Assembly: GCA_964626665.1 (NCBI GenBank) | Contig: CAZVGK010000005.1 | Coordinates: 60,069 to 120,674 of the forward strand | DNA from: an uncultured Gemmatimonadota bacterium | GTDB taxonomy: Bacteria; SM23-81; DAOVCL01 | Length of the DNA stretch: 60,606 nt | Direction: 5' to 3' | Part shown: positions 36,783 to 46,600 of the stretch, piece by piece | Numbering within the stretch: position 1 is the stretch's first letter | Layout: each line of letters starts with the position of its first letter | Translations under genes and position numbers: made by a program | The notes under the pieces: generated by a model | Database searches by the model: none | Told to the model about the DNA's origin: nothing | The model's input: only the letters and a program-made list of their open reading frames with translations

Positions 36783-37469
36783 CTATTCCCTGCTCCCCCT
36801 TAACAGAAGGAGCCTGACCAATTGCATAATGGCCATAGTGGCTGCGGCCACATAGGTCCAGGCGGCAGCATTGAGCATAGATTTGGCTGAGGATACCTCT
36901 TGGTCGCTGAGATAACCACCCTGGCCTAAGAGGGCTAATGCCCTTTGGCTGGCATTAAACTCCACCGGCAGAGTAACTATATGGAAGAGAACGGCCAGGG
37001 AGAAGAAGATTATACCCACATCCATCAGGATGGGAAAGCGAAAGAGAAAACCGATGAGGAAGAGGGGAAAGGCCAGGCTGGAACCGAAATTGGCCACCGG
37101 CACAAAACTGGAGCGAAGTTTCAAAGGAAGATAGCTGAGCTTGTGCTGGATGGCATGGCCCGTTTCATGAGCAGCCACCCCTACCGCGGCAATGGAGTCA
37201 GATCTATAAACCCCGGAGGAGAGTCGCAGGACCCTCTTTAGGGGATCATAGTGGTCGGTGAGGGTTCCTCGCCTCTCCTCGATCTTTATCCCTTGAAGGC
37301 CATTGGTATCTAAAAGGGATCTGGCCACCTGGGCCCCAGTCAGCCCGCGCATACTTCGTATCTTACTGAACTTAGCATAGGCTCCCCTGACCTTGCTCTG
37401 GGCATAGATGGCCAGAATCAAGGCGGGGATAAGCAAGCCAATTGTGCGATCAAAGAAGAAAGGAAACAT
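36783..37469 (-). CDS. Neutral zinc metallopeptidase (YugP/Zn_peptidase_2 family)
   Basis: LTDHYDP, AAHETGHAIQH, TLPVEFNAS, AAAWTYVAA. Confidence 0.92.
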   Translation of the reverse strand: MFPFFFDRTIGLLIPALILAIYAQSKVRGAYAKFSKIRSMRGLTGAQVARSLLDTNGLQGIKIEERRGTLTDHYDPLKRVLRLSSGVYRSDSIAAVGVAAHETGHAIQHKLSYLPLKLRSSFVPVANFGSSLAFPLFLIGFLFRFPILMDVGIIFFSLAVLFHIVTLPVEFNASQRALALLGQGGYLSDQEVSSAKSMLNAAAWTYVAAATMAIMQLVRLLLLRGSRE

Positions 37470-37615
37470 CTTTTTAACACCTCCTTAATGCAGCCGCTAA
37501 TGCAGCACAGCGACTTCTTTAATTACCTTAGCGGTTAATTGATGAACCTCTCGGTTGCCTTGTCGGATTTCCAGGGGAAAAGGGAGGCTTTCCTATCACG
37601 TTTTCTAGCCAAAGC

Positions 37616-39190
37616 TCAAATAATGTTTATTTTATGGTAGAAATCTTTGGTGACCTCCTCAAAGTTCTCCCGATAAGTCTTGAGGGCCAAAGGGAGATAA
37701 TTCATTATGTCCTCTGCAGTAATCCCATCTTCTCCTTTATCCTTGGCGGCCAGATCTCCAGAAAATCCGTGCATAAAGACCCCCATCCTCACACTGTCTT
37801 GCAGGGATAGTCCCAGACCAAACATAGCGGCGATGGTGCCAGTCAGGACATCCCCTGATCCGGCTGTGGCCATACCCGAATTCCCGCTAAGATTGATGGA
37901 GACCCTCTCATCTGGATAGCCGATAAGTGAATGAGCCCCCTTTAAGCAAATAACTGCACTCAAATCCCTTGCTGTCTTCTGCAGGATTTCTATTTTATTC
38001 TTAGATATCTGGCTTATGCTTTTCCCGGTAATCCGGGACATCTCACCCAAGTGAGGGGTTAAAATTAGCTCTGCCTTTCTTCCCTTGATTATCTCTAAAT
38101 CCTTGGAAATAGCGGTAATTCCATCTCCATCAATGAGCAAAGGCTTTTTTATCTCTCTGGTCAGCTCCCGCACCAATTCCTGAGTGGTCTCATTTAATGA
38201 GAGGCCAGGACCCAGCACAACCATATCTACCCTCTTGGCGATCTCCAGGAGATGGCCTTTGTTTACTGGGGAGATGCTTCCAGAGGGCGTCTCCTCTTGA
38301 GGGAGAAGGACTATCTCACTGCCTCTGCTGGCCAAGAATGAGGAAACGGACCTGGGAGTGGCCAACTGGGAGTATCCCCCTCCCGCCTTCAGAAAGGATA
38401 GGGCAGAGAAGTAAGGTGCACCTAAGTAATTAGAGGCGCCGGCAATGAAGAGGACATCACCAAAATCCCCCTTATGGCCAGCCGGGGATCTCTCCGGAAG
38501 CCTGAGCGGATCATTTGTCTCTATTTTTACTGAAGCAGAGCTATAGAGCAATGGGGGGAATGATATATGAGAAACCCAGAGCTTTCCACCCATTTCATAC
38601 CCTGGATAGAGAAGGTTCCCTCGCTTAGGAAGGCCAAAGGTTATGGTATGGTCGGCTTTTACGGCTATACCCATTATCTCCCCCGTGTTGCCATTTATAC
38701 CGGAGGGGATGTCAATGCTGAAAACCTTCTTTCCGCTTCCATTTATCGCTTGGATAACGGCCTTATATAAACCTGTAACCTCCCTCTCTAAGCCTGTTCC
38801 TAAGATGGCATCTATAATCGCATCAGCTTGCGAGAGGTCGGAGGAAATAGATTCCGCTGATTTTATATGGAGCACCTCTATGGGGAGCTTGGAGATAATC
38901 TTAAAGTTTCTTTCGGCTGCTCCCTTGAATTTCACCTCATCGCCCAACAGGAGAACTGTAACTTTACCCCCGTTAGAGTGGATCTTGCGGGCTACAACCA
39001 ATCCATCCCCACCATTGTTTCCAGTTCCACAAAATACGACGAAGTTGTGGTCTTTAATGCCCATCTCGTTTAAGATGACGAAATAGGCAGCTTGCCCCGC
39101 GTTTTCCATCAATATCTCATCGGGGATGCCGAATTCCGTTATTGCCTTATGGTCCAGATTCCTCATCTGGCTAACACTGCTTACCTTCAT
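37616..39190 (-). CDS. nnr: Bifunctional NAD(P)H-hydrate epimerase/dehydratase
   Basis: LMENAG, GNNGGDG, DIPSG, HKGDFG, GPGL, LTPHLGEM, MATAGSGDVLTG. Confidence 0.95.
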   Translation of the reverse strand: MKVSSVSQMRNLDHKAITEFGIPDEILMENAGQAAYFVILNEMGIKDHNFVVFCGTGNNGGDGLVVARKIHSNGGKVTVLLLGDEVKFKGAAERNFKIISKLPIEVLHIKSAESISSDLSQADAIIDAILGTGLEREVTGLYKAVIQAINGSGKKVFSIDIPSGINGNTGEIMGIAVKADHTITFGLPKRGNLLYPGYEMGGKLWVSHISFPPLLYSSASVKIETNDPLRLPERSPAGHKGDFGDVLFIAGASNYLGAPYFSALSFLKAGGGYSQLATPRSVSSFLASRGSEIVLLPQEETPSGSISPVNKGHLLEIAKRVDMVVLGPGLSLNETTQELVRELTREIKKPLLIDGDGITAISKDLEIIKGRKAELILTPHLGEMSRITGKSISQISKNKIEILQKTARDLSAVICLKGAHSLIGYPDERVSINLSGNSGMATAGSGDVLTGTIAAMFGLGLSLQDSVRMGVFMHGFSGDLAAKDKGEDGITAEDIMNYLPLALKTYRENFEEVTKDFYHKINII

Positions 39191-39276
39191 TCCTCGCTCC
39201 TTTCAATTCCCTGTGGTGTCAGTCCCGTTCCGACGGGATTCCTGGCGGAAGAGTTACCTCCTGACACCATACTGGT

Positions 39277-40395
39277 TCATAGTTTGGTCTCATATATGCG
39301 GTATCTCTTGTATACCTTGACTCCCAGATACTCTAATGCCCTATTCATAAGCAAGTTGTCCTCTAAGATCCAGGAGAGTTCTCCTCTTTTATAACCCTTT
39401 CCCACCCCTCTGTCAAAGGTCTCTAAATAGAAGATGAGATCAATTCCCCTTTTTTGATACTTGTGCACCACGCCCATTGTGAGCACCCTGATGGCATCGA
39501 TCCTTTTGGCCCACCAGAGGAGCTTAAAGAGCCCCCAGGGAAAGAGCTTTCCATTTACCTTCTTGAGGGCCTGATTGTAATCGGGTAAGGCCATAGAGAA
39601 CCCCGCCGGTTCACCGTTTACCTCGGCGATAAGGATCAATTCAGGGACAGCCAACCTTTTCAGTTCGTTTGCTAAGTGATCAAATTCTTCATCCGTCATG
39701 GGGACAAATCCCCAGTTCTTGCTCCAAGCCTGGTTGTAAATCTGCTTGATTAGCTTGACCTCCTCCTCAAACCTTTTCAGGTTGACCTGACGAATATGGA
39801 GGTCTTCCTTTTCTTTCACCTTCTTGGCTACCCTTCTCATCCTTTCCGGAGGCTGTTGGCTGTGGTCTATAAGATAGGCGTAGAGGTCCTTAGTTTTCTT
39901 TAAACCAAATTTCTCCAAAAATTCCATATAGTAGGGGGGATTATAGGGCATCATAATCATTGGGCTGAGGTCAAATCCGTCGATCAATAGCCCACATTCA
40001 TCATTGGTGGAGAAGTTCATTGGTCCCCTCATAATCTCCATTCCCTTCTCCTTTAACCAGGAACGAGCTTGCTCTAAGAGCTTTTGGGCTATGGAATATT
40101 GAGGCTGGACTTCCCAGAAGCCGAAGAAGCCGGTCTTTTCCTTATGGAAGTTGTTGTGATTGTGATTGATCAAAGCGGCGATCCTTCCCACCGGCTTCCC
40201 CTCCTGAAGGGCCAAGAAGAGCTGCACCTGCGAATGCTGATAGAAGGGGTTCTTTTGGGGGTTAAAATAGTCTTTTCTCTCTTTAATCAGGGGGGGGACC
40301 CAAAGGGGATCACCTCCATATACCCTCCAGGGAAGCTTGATGAAATCCTTCAAGGCTCTTTTCCCCTCTACTTTTTGGATTTGAATGTTATTCAT
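39277..40395 (-). CDS. GNAT-fold N-acetyltransferase (YghO-like)
   Basis: FIKLPW...WVPPL, GRIAA, GPMNFSTN, PYNPPYY, ELSWILEDN. Confidence 0.85.
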   Translation of the reverse strand: MNNIQIQKVEGKRALKDFIKLPWRVYGGDPLWVPPLIKERKDYFNPQKNPFYQHSQVQLFLALQEGKPVGRIAALINHNHNNFHKEKTGFFGFWEVQPQYSIAQKLLEQARSWLKEKGMEIMRGPMNFSTNDECGLLIDGFDLSPMIMMPYNPPYYMEFLEKFGLKKTKDLYAYLIDHSQQPPERMRRVAKKVKEKEDLHIRQVNLKRFEEEVKLIKQIYNQAWSKNWGFVPMTDEEFDHLANELKRLAVPELILIAEVNGEPAGFSMALPDYNQALKKVNGKLFPWGLFKLLWWAKRIDAIRVLTMGVVHKYQKRGIDLIFYLETFDRGVGKGYKRGELSWILEDNLLMNRALEYLGVKVYKRYRIYETKL

Positions 40396-40455
40396 AAATT
40401 TCCCTTGAATTCGTTCAATTTTAGTAGTATCATTGGCTGAGGTTTAAATTACATA

Positions 40456-41472
40456 ATGGTTTTAACTATGTCAACTAAATTTTCCTCAAATGGTTTCCCT
40501 CCCACTGCTCTGGTTACAGGAGGGAATGGCTTTTTGGGCAGTCACCTGATTGAGGCTCTGCTCCAGAGGGGTTACCGGGTGAGATGCCTGGTGAGAAAGA
40601 CAAGTGATTTGAAATGGATTAAGGAGCTGAAGATAGACTTCTTCATAGGGGATTTGAGTGATCCCTCATCTCTGCACCAGGCAGTTAGGGGGGTGGATTA
40701 CATCTATCACCTGGCTGGGGTGACCAAAGCCATTAAGCCAGAGCTTTATTATGAAGCAAACCGGAACGGGACAAAGAACTTGCTGGATGTCTGCTCAGCA
40801 AATGGGGAAGAGTTACAAAAGTTCGTCTATGTCAGCTCCCTGGCTGCCGCCGGGCCAAGCTGGGATGGGACTCCAATTAAGGAAACCAGCCCCCTCCGAC
40901 CGATAACTGACTATGGAAAAAGCAAGTTGGAGGGGGAGCGGGAGGTTTGGAGATATAAAAGTAGAATTCCCGTAACTATCATCCGACCTCCGGTCATCTA
41001 TGGGCCCCGGGATAGGCAACTTCTGAGCTTTTTTCAGACAGTTAAAAGGGGAATTATCCCTATTTTGTCGATGAAGTTGAGTTTGGCCTATGTGAGGGAT
41101 GTAGTGGCCACCTTGCTCTTAGCCGGAGAGAAAGAGGAATCCAGGGGGGAAGCCTATTTCGTTTGCGGCCCAAAGGTTTCCTCCTGGGGGGAAATTGGTG
41201 GGTTGGCTAGTGAGATTATGGGAGTAAGGGGCTTGAGGTTTCGCCTTCCTGCCTTTTCCCCCTATCCAGTAGCATTTTTCTGTGAGGCTCTTTCCTTTCT
41301 TACTACGAAACCAACCGTTTTGAACCTGCAGAAGGCCAGGGAGATGAGCCAAAGATACTGGGTATGTGATCCCAAAAAGGCCTGGGAAGAGCTGGGTTTT
41401 CGTCCCCAATATCCCCTCAGACTGGGGTTGAGGGAGACGATAGATTGGTATAAAGGGCAAGGGTGGCTTTAA
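40456..41472 (+). CDS. NAD-dependent epimerase/dehydratase (extended SDR)
   Basis: TGGNGFLG, HLAG, YGKSK, RPPVIYGP. Confidence 0.92.
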   Translation: MVLTMSTKFSSNGFPPTALVTGGNGFLGSHLIEALLQRGYRVRCLVRKTSDLKWIKELKIDFFIGDLSDPSSLHQAVRGVDYIYHLAGVTKAIKPELYYEANRNGTKNLLDVCSANGEELQKFVYVSSLAAAGPSWDGTPIKETSPLRPITDYGKSKLEGEREVWRYKSRIPVTIIRPPVIYGPRDRQLLSFFQTVKRGIIPILSMKLSLAYVRDVVATLLLAGEKEESRGEAYFVCGPKVSSWGEIGGLASEIMGVRGLRFRLPAFSPYPVAFFCEALSFLTTKPTVLNLQKAREMSQRYWVCDPKKAWEELGFRPQYPLRLGLRETIDWYKGQGWL

Positions 41473-41479
41473 GTTGGGT

Positions 41480-42145
41480 TAGGCATTGAACGCCGAAAAT
41501 CACTGAAACGATGAGAAATCCAGAGAGAGGATTTCACTGATGGGGGAAAAACTCCTATCGTAGATCGTCGCTGGTCATCCACCGCGGTAGGGGCTTGATT
41601 TATCAAGCCCGTTCGGGTCGCATAAATGCGACCCCTACATTTCTACCCGGCTTTAGCCGGGGTCGATAGGGCTTTAGCCCGTTTGGAGTGCTGTGACTCC
41701 TGTCACAGCTTACGTCAACAGGAGTTACCACACTCCATAGTGGCCCTAAAGGGGCCCAACCAACACTAAAGTGCGGTAGAATATTTTCTCATCTCCGTCA
41801 GGGCAGGAGTCCTACCAGCACAGAATCCTGAGGATTTGCGTTAATCTGTGTCCCATAGAGTCCGCCCGCAGGGCGTTAAGTTTGGATAATCATTCACAAT
41901 ACGACTGAGCGGTCAGATGCCCTCATCTGACCGTCCCCTCGACGAGCCGTTAAGTGCACTCACCTGCGGGCAAAAGGGAAGGGTGGCAGAATGGGGTTTC
42001 TGCCACCTCGCTTTTGAGCATAAATTTCATTTTTAACTCTTAATTCTCAATTCATGATTGCTTTTCCCTGTGTCATTCCGTGAATTTCCGTGGTAAACTT
42101 ATTTATTCGTGTAGATTCGTTTATTCGTGTCATTCGTGTTCTGTC
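41480..42145. repeat. Long intergenic mosaic of REP-like palindromes and heptamer/nonamer repeats
   Basis: GTAGGGGCTTGATTTATCAAGCCC, GGGTCGCATAAATGCGACCC, GGTGGCAGAA-TTCTGCCACC; heptamer arm at about 42025-42055 of the same family as the CRISPR inserts. Confidence 0.75.
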
Positions 42146-42162
42146 AGTGGAAGGGTAAGATT

Positions 42163-42765
42163 ATGCTAAATAAGGTTGCAATAGGGGAGAGGCTCTTTCG
42201 GCGGAGGTATCTCATTTGGCCCACCCTGGGGCTATTTGCCCTCTTTTGTGGTTGGGGAAAGTGGGAAAATGAGCTTATCCTCTGGCCTTTGGGATTTCTT
42301 CTCCTGGGCATAGGGGTATGGTTGAGGGCCCGGTCGATTCGCTACATCGGCGGTGGGGCTCGGCTCAAGAGCAGGAAGGCTCAAAAGCTAATAGTCTCTG
42401 GTCCCTATGCCTATGTCCGCAATCCGATATATATCGCCAACTTCTTGGTCTTCTCGGGATTTATCCTCCTCTGTGAACTTCCCTGGTTTCTCCCTTTTGC
42501 CTTGGGGTTTCTTTTTATTCAATACTCCCTCATCGTTTCCTTTGAGGAGGATCTCCTCAAAGGTAAATTTGGTTTGCCCTATCTCGATTATCTCCAGAGG
42601 ATCCCCCGTTGGATTCCCAGGCTAAGAGTAGGATATGACCCTTCAGAATTGCCACCGAGTTCCCTGCGCAGGGTGTTGAGGGTAGAAAGGGGGGGGATCT
42701 TGAATTTAATCTTAATGATTGGACTGGCTATCCTTAAAGAGGTGACGCACTTTCACCTTTTCTAA
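42163..42765 (+). CDS. Isoprenylcysteine carboxyl methyltransferase/PEMT-family membrane protein
   Basis: LIVSGPYAYVRNPIYIAN, EEDLL..KFG..YLDY..RIPRWIP. Confidence 0.88.
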   Translation: MLNKVAIGERLFRRRYLIWPTLGLFALFCGWGKWENELILWPLGFLLLGIGVWLRARSIRYIGGGARLKSRKAQKLIVSGPYAYVRNPIYIANFLVFSGFILLCELPWFLPFALGFLFIQYSLIVSFEEDLLKGKFGLPYLDYLQRIPRWIPRLRVGYDPSELPPSSLRRVLRVERGGILNLILMIGLAILKEVTHFHLF

Positions 42766-42983
42766 AAATATACGAATCATTATTTTTAGACAGGATTGAC
42801 AGGATGATCAGGATAAATAAAACTCGTCCACAGTGTGCCGTCAGGAGTTACCTCCTGACGGCTCTTACAAATAGACGGGATGGACAGGATGAATAAAAAT
42901 CCAGTAAATCCTGTTTATCCCGTCAGAAAAGCTGGCACCGTAGGTGTGTGCTAAGGGAAGAAATGGTACTGGGAAAAAAGAGC

Positions 42984-43012
42984 TTGACAAGGGAGAAGTA
43001 ATTGATTATTAT
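42984..43012 (+). promoter_or_regulatory. Sigma70-type promoter TTGACA-17-TATTAT upstream of the giant protein gene
   Basis: -35 at 42984-42989, -10 at 43007-43012. Confidence 0.65.
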
Positions 43013-43141
43013 TAAGGTACATTGCTATGATGAAAAATAAGACCCTTCTCACAGAACGAGGTGAGGTAAGAGATGGCTGGCGGATACAAAACCTTGGGGT
43101 GCAAGCATATACTCCGAACTCGAGTTTAATAGCCTTAGGAT

Positions 43142-43189
43142 AGCCGGGCTGCTGTAGGATAAAGCTAAAGCAGGCCGGTTTTTCTTTTC
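43142..43189 (+). terminator. Terminator-like hairpin 1 in the 5' leader
   Basis: AGCCGGGCTGCT...AGCAGGCCGGT followed by TTTTCTTTT. Confidence 0.55.
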
Positions 43190-43405
43190 AAACCTTTTGT
43201 AGAGACTGAAGACAATTACGCTAAAAGCTGAAGAAGACCTTCAAGAGCAGATGAGATAAAATGAAGAGTTGATGAGGAGTATAAGCTTGGAGGTCATCTG
43301 CCGATGAATAATTGGTTAAGACCAATAATAATGGTGTGGGTTGTCTTGTCGTGCAGAGCTTGTCCTGAAGAGCTTAGCTCTGAAGGAACCAGGGTCTGTA
43401 AGTCG

Positions 43406-43460
43406 AAGGCACAATCGGGTGCTCTCTTCTTAAGGAGAGGGAGTGCGGTTGTGCCTTTTT
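43406..43460 (+). terminator. Terminator-like hairpin 2 in the 5' leader
   Basis: AAGGCACAATCG...CGGTTGTGCCTT plus TTT, with a long internal stem. Confidence 0.65.
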
Positions 43461-43630
43461 ATCTGGAGGTAAGGAGGACGGAGAAGAACGATAATGAGGG
43501 AGGACTCGGCGCTGTTCAATAAGAGTTAGGTTAGGGTTTGGATATGATCGTTTTTTCGGTAGATAAATGAGATTCTAATAATTCAAGAGGCATTGTGAAT
43601 GATATGAATCCTTAAGGAAGGAGGAGTCCA

Positions 43631-46600
43631 ATGAGAATCGCTCTGAAGGTTGTTACATTAGCCTTTACCCTGGTGGGGTTGTTCTGGGCAGGTGCGAATT
43701 CGGCAATCATCTATGTCCCCACTGATCAGCCTACGATTCAGGCTGGCATAAATGCCGCCGGTTCCGGTGACACTGTCATTGTTGAACCGGGGACATACAC
43801 CGGTGCAGGTAACAGAGATCTTTCAACTTCCGGGAAAACTCTCTTACTAATGGGACAGTTTGGGGCGGACAGCACCATTACTTATTACCACCAATACTCT
43901 TCCCCAAATTATGCAATTAACGTAGATGGCATTGATGACTTCATCGAAGTACCTCATCATAGCAGTTTTGATTGGGATATGCAGCTAACAATGGAATTCT
44001 GGGTTAGAATATTTGATAATAGTTTTGGAATAATTTTTAATAAGTGCAGAGACAGCGTTGAAGATAAACAGGTCGGTCTTTACGATCCAGGCAAAATCTA
44101 CTTTTACTTGTATGGATTAAGTCATTCGGGTCAGCCAACTGTCTCAAATTCAGTAGTCAACCTTAATCAATGGTATCATATAACCTGTACTACAGATGGT
44201 GATTCACTATATATCTATATCAATGGGTATATAGATACTAGTATGGCTGCATCTGGGAATCCGATTGGCAATTCCACATACCCCGCCAGAATAGGTGCAC
44301 ATTTTTACCATTGGCCAACATATGTGCCTATAAATGGGGAGATCGATGAGTTGAGGATATGGAACATTTATAAGACTCCAGAAGATATTCAAGCCTTGAT
44401 GTATCATGAAGCATCAGGAAATGAGCCAAGCCTTGTTGCAGTCTGGCACTTTAATGAAGGCCAGGGGCAGACAGCACATGATTCCTCTCCTAATCAAAAC
44501 AATGGCAGGCTGGGAAGCTCAATTGGTGAGGATCCTGAGGATCCTCAATGGGTAATTTCGTCCGCCCCAATTGGGGGATCATTGCCTCCAGAGCCAAATA
44601 CTTTTGTGTCAACAGGACCTTCGCAAGGTGCCCACATAGACACGAATCGTGTCTCGTTCACTTGGACCGGCATCGACGACTCAACTGGTGCCGATGAATT
44701 GCTGTTCTCATACAGCCTCGACTCGGCTACCTTCAGCCCATTTAGCTACGATACTATGCATACGTTTACTGGGTTAGATGAAGGCTGGCACACGTTTATG
44801 GTGAGGGCGATGGATGAAGACCAGAATATAGATCCTACTCCTGCGACTCGCCACTTCGCCATAGATTTGACCTCTCCCAATACCGAAATTGTATCGGGTC
44901 CCTCAGAAGGAGAATGGGTTTCCAGTTCAACGGTAACTTTCGAGTGGACGGGGAGTGATAATCTGACTGAGGTGGAAAGTCTCCTTTTCTCATATAAGAT
45001 GGACGATGATCCGTTCAGTGATTTTACCCTCCAAACCAGCCACACATACAATGACCTGTCAGAAGGTCCACACACCTTTCTTGTCAAAGCCAAAGACAAG
45101 GCGGGGAATGTTGATGATACGCCCGCCCAGAGGAACTTCTCGATTGGCCTGTTAGACCTCCAGCCAGTGGACATCGTAGCTCCTGATTCCGCATTCTGTA
45201 ACCGGAAGATTGAGCTTTCCTGGACTGTCACCAATAATGGGATCGGACCTGCCGTGGGAACCTGGATGGACAAGATCTATCTTTCCGATGATGACCAGAT
45301 AGGCTCAGATACCTTACTGGGCAGCTTCCCGCATACGGATAGCCTTGACCCTGGCCAGAGCTATGGGGTGACAGATTCCGTTTTGCTACCGGACGGTATA
45401 CAGGAGGGCTATTGGATTGTGATGGGTTCAGAAGGAGGCAACTTCCTGATAGACGATGACTCAATAAGTGTATCCATCCCTCCCCATCCAGACCTTCAGG
45501 TTACCGATATTCAGGTGCCCGAGGATGGCTGGACAGGGCAGGCAATCGCAGTCCAATGGACCATAACCAACTCGGGCGATACCTCCGCTGAAATCAGTTG
45601 GAAAGAACATATTTACCTTTCCACCGATAGCATTGTCGGCTCAGATTCCTTAGTGACTACCTTCACCTATACCGAAGGATTAGAAGCCGGCTCAACCTAT
45701 ACGCACATCCACCCCGTACCTATCCCGCAAGATGCCCCTGGGGAGTACTGGATTGTAGTGCAGACTGACGGGCAAGACCAGGTTGGCGAATATGAGTCGG
45801 AAAACAACAACATTAGCATTTCGGATAGCTCGGTAACGATCCATCAAAGCCCTTATCCTGATCTGCGGACAGCTTCGGTGGAATGTGTGGACTCGGCCAC
45901 CAGTGGGCAGACCATTCCGGTAAGCTGGACGATCACCAACGACGGCGCAGGTGCTACCGATGCCCCGGTATGGTATGACCTGGTTTACCTCTCCCAAGAT
46001 ACCATCCTTGGTACTGGAGACTTCCCTTTGGGCAGTTTTCAGAATTTCAGCTACCTGGGGCCGGGTGACAGCTATCAGCAAACGAAGGAAGTTGTCTTGC
46101 CCTGGCAGTTAGCAGGGCCATATTATGTCTTGGTTTTTGCAGATGGCACCAATCGAGTCTCGGAGCATGTAGATGAGGGGAATAATGTAGGATCGAGTAC
46201 CACGCCAATCTTTATTACCTATGCTCAAGAGCCGGCTCCCGATCTGGAGGTAGTCCTTGACCAGGCCCCGGCGAATGGGTGGGCGGGTGCACAGATTACC
46301 GTGGAATGGACTGTCACAAACATCGGCAATGCCCCCGCAACCGGACATTGGCTTGTCGACTGGGTGATGCTATCCACGGATAGCATACCTCAAAGCGGAG
46401 ACCTGCACATTGGCCCCTATTATACCGGGGATGCTTTAGAGCCCGATTCCAGTTACTCCAGAACTGGCACTTTCAATCTGCCCAATGATTTGAATGGCAA
46501 CTACTACCTTTTCGTCTGGACCGATGTGCGGCTGGAATATCCCGATCCTGACCTGGGTAATAACTTCAGCGCCCCTGTTCCAATTTCTATTCTGCCAATT

